A DNA stretch of 64,000 bases from an uncultured virus (IMG/VR IMGVR_UViG_3300042402_005558) (lineage: Duplodnaviria > Heunggongvirae > Uroviricota > Caudoviricetes). Below the pieces are notes generated by a model. That model worked only from the letters and a program-made list of their open reading frames with translations. It was not told where the DNA came from and did not search any database. Location: the IMG/VR virus record IMGVR_UViG_3300042402_005558. One strand, 5' to 3'. Shown one piece after another: positions 30,422 through 40,106 of this stretch; position 1 is the stretch's first letter, and every line of letters starts with the position of its first letter. Made by a program: the position numbers and the translations under genes.

Positions 30422-31093
30422 TTACTCCTTGCTTAGTAAATCTTCTGCCATAGGAAACACAGTAGCGATCACTTCTGCACAGGACCGTGCAATTAATTGA
30501 TGTTCTTTCTGTGTGCCGTTAGCTGATCTCAATTCAATAAAGTGAATCCAACTACGCAGAGTGCCATTCATATACAAGCGGCTTTCGATAAGTCCTTCTG
30601 GTAGCACAGCTCGAGCCTGTTCCTTGGCTATGCCATTAGCGATAGCCCACTCGTATTCTCGTTGTGCGGCATAGATAACTCGTTGTTGAGCTCTATACCA
30701 TTCGTTTTGTAGCAGTTGATCTTCCACTTCGACACTGTTCTGTCTGTTCTTGGGGTCTTGAAGTCTAGCTTCTCTTGTAACAAACGACAGGTCTTTAGTA
30801 GGATCAGCATATCGCTGACTGAACTCTTGGAAGCTGAAGCTTCTGTGTCGCAAAATTTGTCTTGCAATATCTCGTGTTGTGGTAATTTCAATACAGGCTG
30901 AAACCATTTCAAGTGGCGACCAGTGTTGGTGTCTGACCAAATATCGTATAAGCTTCTCTGATGTTTCTGTGTTAAGTTGATTTGAGGGATTGCTGACACG
31001 GGCGCAATACGCAATGAGTTCCTGCGCATCTGAGAGGCCCAGATCTCTAAATTCGGCTGTGGGTTGACTGTAGGATAAAAGTTTAACATCCAT
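30422..31093 (-). CDS. thyX: Flavin-dependent thymidylate synthase
   Basis: HWSPLE, RQILRHRSFSFQEFSQRY, EQARAVLP and QKEH motifs. Confidence 0.97.
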   Translation of the reverse strand: MDVKLLSYSQPTAEFRDLGLSDAQELIAYCARVSNPSNQLNTETSEKLIRYLVRHQHWSPLEMVSACIEITTTRDIARQILRHRSFSFQEFSQRYADPTKDLSFVTREARLQDPKNRQNSVEVEDQLLQNEWYRAQQRVIYAAQREYEWAIANGIAKEQARAVLPEGLIESRLYMNGTLRSWIHFIELRSANGTQKEHQLIARSCAEVIATVFPMAEDLLSKE

Positions 31094-31097
31094 ATAT

Positions 31098-31598
31098 TTA
31101 AGCTTCTTCTTTAGGTTGTTCCTGACAGAGCGACTCCATCAGCTTGTAATGTTCGTAGGCTTTTTTCAGTGCAGCAAACTGTTCTAGTTTCTTAGGATCA
31201 GGAACAAGTATGGCCAAACGTTCTTCCATCTTGTTCATAAACTCTTTGAGACTTTTACCATCTACTTTGATATCAGTGCCAGCAGCCATGTCGATACCAC
31301 CACTTGTGATATTGACACTTGGTGATGTGGTATTGAAGTTATAACCAGTTGTGCCGGTTGTTGTGTAGGTATAAGGAACTGTGGTGCTGCCGAAGGTGAA
31401 CGTGCTGGAATCCAGAGTGATATCGTTCATTGTATCTATGGTATAGATTGGCTGTGCTGCTCCCCCACCTAAGTCAATGGTGATAGTATCAGCACCGTAC
31501 CCAGAACTGATATTACTATAGTCGAGAGCACCAGCACCATATCCATCTAGACTACCAGTTACGGTGTAATCTTTATTCATGTTTTTTTTGTTGGCCAT
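31098..31598 (-). CDS. Hypothetical protein (Thr/Gly-rich N-terminus, helical C-terminus)
   Basis: Operonic; EERLAIL.P...LKKAYEHYK. Confidence 0.7.
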   Translation of the reverse strand: MANKKNMNKDYTVTGSLDGYGAGALDYSNISSGYGADTITIDLGGGAAQPIYTIDTMNDITLDSSTFTFGSTTVPYTYTTTGTTGYNFNTTSPSVNITSGGIDMAAGTDIKVDGKSLKEFMNKMEERLAILVPDPKKLEQFAALKKAYEHYKLMESLCQEQPKEEA

Positions 31599-31601
31599 TT
31601 A

Positions 31602-32168
31602 TTATTTTACCCCAATAATCATAAATCTTCGAAATTGCCAATCTGGATATTCAAATAGTTTTTCACCAGTAAAATAAATCTCAGATAACTTGAAATCTTT
31701 GACAAAGTTTTCTAGAGAATTATGATTATGACAATGATCTTCATGTTTCATGTCGTTGCTTTGTAACACCACTAATGTTCCTTTAGGAATGTTGTCAAAC
31801 CATTCTTGAGATTCAATATGTTCTACGCTGGTGTTTATCACTGTGTCGAAATCATCGATGGTATATTGAAAGTCGTTGGCATCGCCAGTTATACTTTTAA
31901 ATTGCCAATTTTGCCACTCCCAAGAGTTATTGATCTTATCTGCGATTTTTTCAACTTCGGGATCAATATCTAAACTGCGAAAAGTTTTGATTTCAATACG
32001 ATTGCGGATCCTTAATATAAAATTTGTTAGACCATACCAGCCACCTAAACAAAGTATCTGTCTAGGGTGTGCTGGCATGTTAAGTTCTATGATTTTTTCT
32101 AAAGATTCAGCTAACCATAATTTGCTCAATACTTGTCCGCTAGAAAAAGCATCTTGATCAAGATGCAT
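31602..32168 (-). CDS. SAM-dependent methyltransferase-like protein
   Basis: LCLGGWYG glycine loop, SLDID, INTSVEH; more AT-rich than its neighbours. Confidence 0.7.
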   Translation of the reverse strand: MHLDQDAFSSGQVLSKLWLAESLEKIIELNMPAHPRQILCLGGWYGLTNFILRIRNRIEIKTFRSLDIDPEVEKIADKINNSWEWQNWQFKSITGDANDFQYTIDDFDTVINTSVEHIESQEWFDNIPKGTLVVLQSNDMKHEDHCHNHNSLENFVKDFKLSEIYFTGEKLFEYPDWQFRRFMIIGVK

Positions 32169-32362
32169 TATGCACCTTTAGCTTCTTTACGGGCGTTCTT
32201 TTCTTCTGTGATTTCGTTACGACGAGCTTTAACTGCTTTACCTACTTCTTGAAGTGCTTTACGAGCACGAGTACCTGCTGCGTTGTTACCAGCGGCAAAT
32301 TTTGCATCTTCCGCTAAAAAGTTTTCAAATGCTGCTTTGAGTTGTTCTACTGTGTTTGACAT
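32168..32362 (-). CDS. Histone H1-like Hc1-family small basic protein
   Basis: KF..GNNAAGTRARKALQE...K..R.EI motif; SD AAGGA. Confidence 0.8.
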   Translation of the reverse strand: MSNTVEQLKAAFENFLAEDAKFAAGNNAAGTRARKALQEVGKAVKARRNEITEEKNARKEAKGA

Positions 32363-32404
32363 AATGTTTTCCTTAAGTTATGTTCTACTACTTATTGTAG
32401 TAAT

Positions 32405-32515
32405 TGGTGTGGTCGGTAGGTTTCGAACCTACAAAGGCTACGAACTACGTCAGCGCCCCGTCCCCATTCTGGACTATGGGTCCAGCGGGAGCTTTGCCAA
32501 TTTGCTCACGACCAC
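32405..32515 (-). ncRNA. tRNA-like RNA (111 nt) with an expanded, pseudoknotted anticodon arm
   Basis: Acceptor GTGGTCG/CGACCAC-A-CCA; D-arm AGC/GCT with GG; T-arm GTAGG-TTCGAAA-CCTAC; long variable arm; 31-nt anticodon domain. Confidence 0.8.
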
Positions 32516-32521
32516 AGCTTT

Positions 32522-32550
32522 ATTATATAACAAAATCATTCTTATTGCAA
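32522..32550 (-). promoter_or_regulatory. Sigma70-type promoter for the tRNA-like RNA
   Basis: TTGCAA-N17-TATAAT; predicted +1 falls at about 32515, the first base of the acceptor stem. Confidence 0.75.
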
Positions 32551-32628
32551 TACTTTTATAGAAAATTTTGAAGAAAATTACTCAAGGATATATAGTGTAG
32601 CGATTTAAATTTATGGAGATCGAATTAA

Positions 32629-33648
32629 ATGAAATTAAAATTTTTGCCATTTCTGTGTCTTTTTGGAGTTTCTGCCGCCTACGCACAGGTTACGGTATAC
32701 GGTGTAATTGACACAAGCATACAGTCCTACAACAACGGAACCTCTAGTTTTACTAGAGCGGCTGATAGTCAATATAGCACGAGTCGTTTAGGGTTTAGAG
32801 GCACAGAAGACCTCGGAGGAGGGCTAAGTACCTTTTTTCAAATAGAAGGAACGTTGAATCCCTCCACAGGATCAATGGGGTCTACCACTGTAGCTGCTAA
32901 TGAAATTTTCAATAGAGATGCGCATATTGGTATCAAGTCTTCGTTGGGATCAATTAGAATGGGACGAACTGATGTGGCTCTAGTAGGAGAGATGGATATA
33001 TTTGTATCACAATCTGGAAACTTTGGTATGCATCCAACTAACGGTACCAGTGTTGAATTGGGTACTGATCAAAAAAACGTGGTCAGATATGACAGTCCAG
33101 TTTATGGAGGATTTCAACTCATAGTGGGTCATGCTACCAACAACGTAGGAGCAACCACAGATGCCAATGCAGATCAAAATGGAGTGGCTCTAAGATACGA
33201 AGCAGGCAAAGTAAAGGCAGGAATAGGCTATCAGAAAAATCAAGGTGTGGGTGTGGCAGCACGTGAGACCACGACTGCAGGGTTGGCCTATGATTTTTCT
33301 GTGTTATCAGTTGGTACTGCCTATGCAAGAGGTGATAATTCAACTACCGCTGATGTGACTAGTTCGACATGGGTAACCTCAGTAAGGGTACCGTTGCAGC
33401 AACAGTATGCTGCTCATGTCGTATATGCGCACAGCTCAAATGGTTCCAGCACTACTAACAACAAAGGCAACGGTGTTACATTAGCGGTTACCAAAGACCT
33501 AAGTAAACGCACCACACTTTATGGAGCATATAGCAAAGTCTATAATCAATCTAACTCGTCTATGACCATGTTCAATGCAACAAGTGCTCCGGCAACAGCC
33601 GGTTTAGATACCAGTTCATTAGGACTAGGAATCAGCCATCGTTTTTAA
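32629..33648 (+). CDS. Gram-negative (Burkholderiales-type) outer membrane porin
   Basis: Signal peptide, VTVYGVID, SRLGFRGTEDLGGGL, LSKRTTLY and C-terminal GISHRF. Confidence 0.93.
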   Translation: MKLKFLPFLCLFGVSAAYAQVTVYGVIDTSIQSYNNGTSSFTRAADSQYSTSRLGFRGTEDLGGGLSTFFQIEGTLNPSTGSMGSTTVAANEIFNRDAHIGIKSSLGSIRMGRTDVALVGEMDIFVSQSGNFGMHPTNGTSVELGTDQKNVVRYDSPVYGGFQLIVGHATNNVGATTDANADQNGVALRYEAGKVKAGIGYQKNQGVGVAARETTTAGLAYDFSVLSVGTAYARGDNSTTADVTSSTWVTSVRVPLQQQYAAHVVYAHSSNGSSTTNNKGNGVTLAVTKDLSKRTTLYGAYSKVYNQSNSSMTMFNATSAPATAGLDTSSLGLGISHRF

Positions 33649-33651
33649 AAA

Positions 33652-34371
33652 ATGAGGAACGAAGAAGAAATATCTGTTATTAGGTCTAATATAACTGATC
33701 CCTTCTTCGTTCCGAATTTTCTTCTTGAAGACGAAGTATCATATCTAATAAAAATTTTTGAACAATCTCAAGACAATAATTGTTCTTCAATAATTAAAAA
33801 AAATACAGGTCCTGTAACTTTAAATCTTAATAATTTTAATCAAGATCAAGTAGTGACTAATATTATTGATAGGTTAAAATCAATAATAGGAAATTATGTA
33901 ATCACCGCAGCTTTTTTTTATAAAACAGAGTACCCGCATGTTATTCACAATGACGATACATTCGAGTTACCGAATGACGTATACAAAGGTATAACACTAC
34001 CATTGAAATTGTACGGCGAAAATGTAAAAGAATTTCCTCATCTATGCTTTTTTGATCAACTATATTTTCACGGTCCAGCAAAGTTTTTTAAAAACGAAAA
34101 CGATATACCGACCTACTACAATGAACAGATATATGATTATTCAAGAATAGAAAATCTTGCAGCAGCTGAGTTTGATCAAAAACTATATGAAACATATTTC
34201 ACCCATCTAAAGAAACATTGGTTGGATGGGATGAGCATAAAATGTATGATTCCTTGGATTCCTAGAAATGCCATAATATTTGACAGCATTCGACTGCATT
34301 GTGCCAGTGACTTTCGTAGGGTAGGGGTGCATTCAAAATTAGGAATAAGTATTTTTACCAAAAAAACTTAA
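33652..34371 (+). CDS. 2OG-Fe(II)/cupin-like dioxygenase
   Basis: IHND...IFDS.RLHC facial-triad pattern. Confidence 0.6.
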   Translation: MRNEEEISVIRSNITDPFFVPNFLLEDEVSYLIKIFEQSQDNNCSSIIKKNTGPVTLNLNNFNQDQVVTNIIDRLKSIIGNYVITAAFFYKTEYPHVIHNDDTFELPNDVYKGITLPLKLYGENVKEFPHLCFFDQLYFHGPAKFFKNENDIPTYYNEQIYDYSRIENLAAAEFDQKLYETYFTHLKKHWLDGMSIKCMIPWIPRNAIIFDSIRLHCASDFRRVGVHSKLGISIFTKKT

Positions 34372-34441
34372 CTGTTTCTATTTAAAATTGTTTCAATAAA
34401 TAATCGTCAGCTGTAACATAATTTTAAAACTAATAGAAACC

Positions 34442-34969
34442 ATGAACAAAAAAACAAATCTAATTTACCAACCTAAATTAGATTTAAATCTAGAAGAAAT
34501 CAAAGAAATAGTTTTTCTAAATCAGTTTTCATCCGATAAAAATCTGAATGCTTCCCATCATAGATCAGTGTCAGATCATCCTTATCTACAAAAAATACAA
34601 TCTAAGTATCCGTTTTTAAGCAGCATTTATAATATATATACTCTACCAGGAAATCGTAAAATTCCTTTGCACGTTGATGCTCAACGATCAGCGGCGTTGA
34701 ATATACCTATTGAGAACACCGAAGACAGCGTAACAATTTTCTATGAGCATGTTAAAGATCCAATTTTAGAATATGATTCTAAAAACGTTTATAATTTAAT
34801 CAAGTCGGAAGTAACGGAACTTTTTAGATTTACTTTGCTAGAACCTACGTTGATCAATAATTCAATTCCCCACATGGTTATTAACAATAGTTCAAAACCA
34901 AGAATAATTCTTAGTTGGAGTGTCAATAAAGAATTTAAATTTGAAGATGTCCGAGATAAATTTCAATGA
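34442..34969 (+). CDS. 2OG-Fe(II)/cupin-like dioxygenase
   Basis: LHVD..ALNIP...PHMV.N...R; TAAATA at 34397-34402. Confidence 0.7.
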   Translation: MNKKTNLIYQPKLDLNLEEIKEIVFLNQFSSDKNLNASHHRSVSDHPYLQKIQSKYPFLSSIYNIYTLPGNRKIPLHVDAQRSAALNIPIENTEDSVTIFYEHVKDPILEYDSKNVYNLIKSEVTELFRFTLLEPTLINNSIPHMVINNSSKPRIILSWSVNKEFKFEDVRDKFQ

Positions 34970-35496
34970 ATAATTTTTATCATCCGGTTGAATTGCCTTT
35001 TTCTATCGATCTCGATCTTACGGAGTTTGTCGATCAACAGACCAAATGTAATATCAATTTGTTGCCCGAAAAAGTGCACCAATGGCTAGAAAATACGCTT
35101 GATGCCGTGGTATTATGGACAGAGATATTTTATCTACCACCAAATCGATCGTATGATATACACTGCGACGGACACGAAATTGATAATAAATGCAAATTAA
35201 ATTACATTATCAATGGCAATGACAGCGTAATGCATTGGTATAAAGCCGCAGACCATAATAAAATAATATACGCCTACAGCAAATCTAATACTAGATATCT
35301 CAAATTAGAAAAAACCAATGCTGAAGAAATTTGTCAAGCGACTCTGATTAATCTAAATCTTGTAAATGTCGGTGATTTTCATACAGTAGTAAATGGTAAA
35401 AATGATCGATGGTGTATTAGTATTGTTGTCGGAGATAAAATTACCAAAGACAGATTAAACTATAACGAGGTAAAATCTAGATTAAATATAGAATGA
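34966..35496 (+). CDS. 2OG-Fe(II)/cupin-like dioxygenase
   Basis: IHCD..KLNY...FHTV.N...R. Confidence 0.7.
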   Translation: MNNFYHPVELPFSIDLDLTEFVDQQTKCNINLLPEKVHQWLENTLDAVVLWTEIFYLPPNRSYDIHCDGHEIDNKCKLNYIINGNDSVMHWYKAADHNKIIYAYSKSNTRYLKLEKTNAEEICQATLINLNLVNVGDFHTVVNGKNDRWCISIVVGDKITKDRLNYNEVKSRLNIE

Positions 35497-36017
35497 ATAC
35501 CTGTTACGTTGAATTAGATATTAAAATCCATCCACTCAAAGAATCTATTAATTCGGTTAACTTAGATACATTTTTAGAAAATCAAATGACCCAAGTTAGG
35601 GATATTTCTGAACTGAATAATGAACTAGTAGATTTTTTACACAGTTGTAAAATTTCAATAAGGCCAAAGTGGTTATTAATTTATTGGTTTGGTGATAAAG
35701 TAACATTTCCTCATACCGACGGCTTTAGAAATACTGCATTAAACTGGAATTTTACTCCGGGATCTTGGGTCGAGTTCTATGAAAAAATTCCAGGAAATGA
35801 TTATATAAGATCACAGGATACTACAAATATATTTTGGAAAACTTCGTCAGAACCTATAGCAATATGGGATTCTCTCGGTCCAGCACTAATCAATACACAG
35901 ATTCCTCATACAGTCAAAAACATAAATCAAACTGTGCGTAGACTAACATACAGTATTGGATTTGATGAACCTTATTTTTCTGTTAAAGAAAAACTAAAAG
36001 ACTATTTAAAAAAATGA
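35493..36017 (+). CDS. 2OG-Fe(II)/cupin-like dioxygenase (paralogue A)
   Basis: PHTDG..LNWNFTPG...PHTV..R. Confidence 0.7.
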   Translation: MNTCYVELDIKIHPLKESINSVNLDTFLENQMTQVRDISELNNELVDFLHSCKISIRPKWLLIYWFGDKVTFPHTDGFRNTALNWNFTPGSWVEFYEKIPGNDYIRSQDTTNIFWKTSSEPIAIWDSLGPALINTQIPHTVKNINQTVRRLTYSIGFDEPYFSVKEKLKDYLKK

Positions 36018-36571
36018 ATACCTGTTACATCAAGTTAGCATTAGATATATTTCCTTTCAGTCATCCAGTGGATTATCTATTAAACAACGATTGGCCAGAA
36101 AATCGCATGGACAAATTGCATTCTACTGAGTATCTTAATCCAGAATTAATTGAGTGTTTCCAAGAAAACAATGTGAAATTAAGAAATACATTTTTAATGA
36201 TCAATTGGTGGACATTAAGACCTAGGCCTCCACACACAGACGGAAATTGGTTTTCTGACGATGGCGTTGTCGCAAAAAGACAATGTGGAATTAATTGGAA
36301 TTTTACTCCCGGAACCTGGGTGGAATTTTACAGCGAAGAAAATGCCACACCGAAATTTGATCCTAAGGGAAGAATCGATGATGCCACAGTTTGGCCAGAC
36401 GCAAGAACAGTCATTGATAAATGGGACACTCCCGGACCGGTGATTTTTAATCCTCAAATTATCCATAGAGTAAAAAGTTTTCCTCACATCCAAAGACGAG
36501 TGGCCTGTACTCTGAGGTTTGACGAAACTTTTGAATCTCTAGGTGAAAAGCTATCTAAATATATAAAATAA
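36014..36571 (+). CDS. 2OG-Fe(II)/cupin-like dioxygenase (paralogue B)
   Basis: PHTDG..INWNFTPG...IHRV..R. Confidence 0.7.
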   Translation: MNTCYIKLALDIFPFSHPVDYLLNNDWPENRMDKLHSTEYLNPELIECFQENNVKLRNTFLMINWWTLRPRPPHTDGNWFSDDGVVAKRQCGINWNFTPGTWVEFYSEENATPKFDPKGRIDDATVWPDARTVIDKWDTPGPVIFNPQIIHRVKSFPHIQRRVACTLRFDETFESLGEKLSKYIK

Positions 36572-37116
36572 TGTTTACTTCTATACAACTACCTTATACT
36601 AAATTCGTTCCCGATAACACCGCGACCACATATTATATCGCGGCCATTCATTCAGCAAGTCCGTGGATAGAAGAATTTAACTTACAAGATGTGTGTAGAG
36701 GTAGAGACATACGCTGTGTTGTTGGCTGGATTAAGCCCAGACACAGAATGCCTATACATGTAGACATGGGAGATCATGGACCTACTCCATGGGCATTAGA
36801 TTTTACCACAGATGAATTCAAACATGCAGAACTTGAGATATACAAAAATTTAGATAAGTTAAACAGGCCAACCGGAAATTTAGTTGCTCCCCCAAACAAT
36901 TCCTACGGAATACCTATCATTAAACCAGAAAATGCCGAATTAATAGATTCATGGTCATTTACTAAAGGTGCTGTTAAATTTACCCCCGGAACAAACTGGC
37001 ACACTGGGTATAATCCTGATCCAGAAAAATGGATGGCAGTTGTAAGTTTAAGAAGTTTTTTTATCGAAGACTGGTACGCTATAGAGGAAAAATTACAATC
37101 AGTGAGTGTGCTGTAA
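36571..37116 (+). CDS. 2OG-Fe(II)/cupin-like dioxygenase
   Basis: IHVD...WHTGYN...SLR. Confidence 0.65.
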   Translation: MFTSIQLPYTKFVPDNTATTYYIAAIHSASPWIEEFNLQDVCRGRDIRCVVGWIKPRHRMPIHVDMGDHGPTPWALDFTTDEFKHAELEIYKNLDKLNRPTGNLVAPPNNSYGIPIIKPENAELIDSWSFTKGAVKFTPGTNWHTGYNPDPEKWMAVVSLRSFFIEDWYAIEEKLQSVSVL

Positions 37117-37803
37117 ATTAGCGATAATTTTATCTACATTTTCCGCAGTCATGGGAATATTGAGAATTAAATGTATGCTGTCATTCACCCAAGAAATAGT
37201 TCTGTGAGTATGTCTGGTATTAACATAATACGCCCTGCCGTGTTCAATGTTCAACTTTCGATCATCCATTAACCAATCATAGTCATAGGGGCCACAATTG
37301 TTTAAAAATACTATTAATCTAAAAACATCACGAGGCATACTGGGATGATCTCTATGCGGCACAAAATGTCCACCTATATTGCTTTTTACAAGAAAAGTTC
37401 TCCCAAGAGGACTCCATAAATTTAAGAATCCGTGTAAACTATGACAGGCATTATAAACTGCTGTAGGTTGATTAAATTCTAATTCGCTTAGTCTTCTTCC
37501 GGCAGCGTAGCTTGCTTGAGCCAAACTAGGATTTGTTTTATGATCCGACCCTGGAAGATTAGTTAATGTCAAAGACTGTCTATTATTAGGCCTGTCGGTT
37601 CTAGGTAGATAATCTTGCCAATCATTTTCAAAGTGTTTTATTTCTTCCATAAAAGATCGACAATCAATTTTAAATTTTAAAGGTTCAAAACTTCCTAGAT
37701 TTGATAATGTGAGTTCGTTTTTAATGTCTTCTGCAGAAACATTATCGGGAGAATAATTCTGAGATCTTCCGCTAACACCGGGTGGAACTATGATATTAGA
37801 CAT
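37099..37803 (-). CDS. Aspartyl/asparaginyl beta-hydroxylase-like dioxygenase
   Basis: PHRD...YYVNTRHTH...IHLILN. Confidence 0.7.
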   Translation of the reverse strand: MSNIIVPPGVSGRSQNYSPDNVSAEDIKNELTLSNLGSFEPLKFKIDCRSFMEEIKHFENDWQDYLPRTDRPNNRQSLTLTNLPGSDHKTNPSLAQASYAAGRRLSELEFNQPTAVYNACHSLHGFLNLWSPLGRTFLVKSNIGGHFVPHRDHPSMPRDVFRLIVFLNNCGPYDYDWLMDDRKLNIEHGRAYYVNTRHTHRTISWVNDSIHLILNIPMTAENVDKIIANLQHTH

Positions 37804-37804
37804 G

Positions 37805-38383
37805 TTAATTTATTCCGCAGTCTTGTTTTTTTAATTCTTGAAATGCCCATGCTCTTTCTTGGCATTGCCAACAGGTTCCGCATCTTCCTACTTGTTGTTC
37901 GGTACAAGAATGAGTTAATGAAATCAGTTCTTCTAAGCTATTATCAAACAACATAGATAAAATTTTTTCTTTGGTAAAATCCACGAAAGGAAAAATTATT
38001 CTAGGATCAATACTTTCTTTGGCTCTGTTGGGGACACCGGGATAGTTTTTTAAAGCATCTGGTACAGGGTTTAAAGCTATAAAAATTTTATCTATTTGAT
38101 GTTTTTGAAATACTTCTTTCACAGCAGATGCATTTTGTTGGCTATGATGAACATCTGGACTACCTGCCTTAACAGTACCTGGTATGTTAAAATTAAACTT
38201 ACGGTTAAAAAAATCAATTATGGGATCAGCATACAGGTATGCGCCATCTTTCTTTGGAATAGTGAATGGTTGTATTTTAATTCCTTTATTGTGTTTGACC
38301 AACAGATACAAAAGAATAGCACTATCAAGTCCGCCTGACAGCAAAATTCCATAATAATATTTTTGGTCGAATGATAGTTTCAT
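37805..38383 (-). CDS. QueC-like PP-loop ATP pyrophosphatase
   Basis: SGGLDS plus THSC...CGTCWQCQER zinc motif; TAAATA at 38408-38413 (-). Confidence 0.75.
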   Translation of the reverse strand: MKLSFDQKYYYGILLSGGLDSAILLYLLVKHNKGIKIQPFTIPKKDGAYLYADPIIDFFNRKFNFNIPGTVKAGSPDVHHSQQNASAVKEVFQKHQIDKIFIALNPVPDALKNYPGVPNRAKESIDPRIIFPFVDFTKEKILSMLFDNSLEELISLTHSCTEQQVGRCGTCWQCQERAWAFQELKKQDCGIN

Positions 38384-38418
38384 TAAATATACTGCATGTT
38401 TATTCTATATTTAACTAG

Positions 38419-38619
38419 ATGATTGTTGACAAAAAAAATTTTATTTTGGGTATCCTTTTTATTTCTATAGGCCTGTTATTTTTCTACGAATCGTTATTTT
38501 ACATGTCTTCTCTGCAAGATTTTTCGCAGATCCCTCCTGGATTCTTTCCTTCGGGTCTCTCCGCTATCCTGGCAGTTAACGGTTTGATTTTAATTTTTTC
38601 ATCTGTAAAATGGAAATAA
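38419..38619 (+). CDS. tctB: Shortened TctB-like membrane protein
   Basis: Two TM helices with PPGFFP; directly upstream of and overlapping tctA. Confidence 0.6.
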   Translation: MIVDKKNFILGILFISIGLLFFYESLFYMSSLQDFSQIPPGFFPSGLSAILAVNGLILIFSSVKWK

Positions 38620-40106
38620 TACAGCAGGCCCTCATGTATGGCAGTGAAGCATTTTCTTTACAGAATTTGTTGTATTGCTTTGCTGGTGTTTTCTTAGGCA
38701 CATTGGTAGGAGTGTTGCCGGGACTAGGCCCAGCCACATCAATGAGTATCCTGTTGCCAGGTGTTTTAATGATACCAAATCCGGTAACAGCGATAATTTT
38801 TTTAGCAGGAATATATTATGGAACTCAATACGGTGGTTCTATCACGGCAATTTTATTGAAACTGCCAGGAGAAGCATCATCTGTTGTAATAGTAAATGAC
38901 GGGTATGCATTGTCACAAATGGGTAAATCAGGCACAGCACTTTCTATCTCAGCCATTGGCTCATTTGTGGCAGGAACTTTCTCTACCATAGCTATAGCAT
39001 TGTTTGCCGTGCCTGCATCTCAGCTGGCATTCTATTTTGGTCCTGTAGAATATGCATCCTTAATGGGGTTGGGATTGTTATCCGTAATAGTGTTGGGTGG
39101 AGATTCTTTTTTGAAATCTTTTTCAATGGTGATGCTAGGACTGCTGCTATCAACCATAGGATACGATGTGAATTCTGGAATAGAAAGGATGACATTTGGG
39201 ATACCTGCATTAGGTGAAGGTTTGCCTTTTGTAATATTAGCGATGTCTGTTTTTGGTATTGCTGAAGTATTTTATAATTTTATTTGCCAAGAAAAAGAAA
39301 TCATTATAGAAAAATGTTCTGGTTTAAAATTTAAAGACATGTATCCCACGAAGGAAGAAATAGGGATCGCAATTATGCCTATATTAAGAGGTACAGTTAT
39401 TGGATCGGTGTTGGGCATTCTTCCAGGAGCAGGTCCAATTCTGGCTTCTGTGGTAAGTTATGCCTTAGAAAAAAGAATTAGTAAGCATCCAGAAAAATTT
39501 GGAAAAGGAGCAATCGAAGGCATTGCTTCTCCTGAAAGCGCCAACAACGCTTCGGCTCAGACTAGTTTTATTCCTTTGCTAAGTTTCGGAATACCCACTG
39601 GTCCTACCATGGCAATAATTTTAAGCGTTCTTTTACTTTTCGGACTCCAGCCAGGTCCTCAACTGATTTCTTTCAATCCTGGATTGTTTTGGACTCTAAT
39701 TGTTTCTATGTGGATCGGGAATTTCTTCTTAATAATTTTAAATCTTCCGTTGATCAGCTTATGGGTTAGTATTACTAGAATTCCTCAAAGTGTATTAAGT
39801 ATTATAATATTGCTGACGTGTTTAATTGCTGCATATGTAGTAACTCAGAGTTGGCTTATAATGGGATTGTTATTACCCCTTTCAATCGCCGCAGTTGTGT
39901 TGAAATTATTAGATTGTGATCCCTCACCTGTGTTATTAAGTTTTGTTATAGGAAAGATGTTTGAAGAACATCTAAGGCGATCTTTAATTATTAGTAGAGG
40001 AGATTGGTTTATATTTTTAGATAAACCTATATCTATGACATTTATTTTAATAGCTGTCATGATGATAGTTTGGTATTACATTGTCAAGAAGAAAAAGATT
40101 ATATAA
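38610..40106 (+). CDS. tctA: Tripartite tricarboxylate transporter large permease
   Basis: [27 protein letters not shown] and GIP motifs; polytopic membrane protein. Confidence 0.95.
   Translation: MEIIQQALMYGSEAFSLQNLLYCFAGVFLGTLVGVLPGLGPATSMSILLPGVLMIPNPVTAIIFLAGIYYGTQYGGSITAILLKLPGEASSVVIVNDGYALSQMGKSGTALSISAIGSFVAGTFSTIAIALFAVPASQLAFYFGPVEYASLMGLGLLSVIVLGGDSFLKSFSMVMLGLLLSTIGYDVNSGIERMTFGIPALGEGLPFVILAMSVFGIAEVFYNFICQEKEIIIEKCSGLKFKDMYPTKEEIGIAIMPILRGTVIGSVLGILPGAGPILASVVSYALEKRISKHPEKFGKGAIEGIASPESANNASAQTSFIPLLSFGIPTGPTMAIILSVLLLFGLQPGPQLISFNPGLFWTLIVSMWIGNFFLIILNLPLISLWVSITRIPQSVLSIIILLTCLIAAYVVTQSWLIMGLLLPLSIAAVVLKLLDCDPSPVLLSFVIGKMFEEHLRRSLIISRGDWFIFLDKPISMTFILIAVMMIVWYYIVKKKKII

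Noticed and set aside
32405..32515. tmRNA, selenocysteine tRNA or group I intron-containing tRNA
   Set aside because: No G3:U70 alanine identity or tag reading frame, no UCA anticodon or extended acceptor stem, and the insert is far too short for a self-splicing intron
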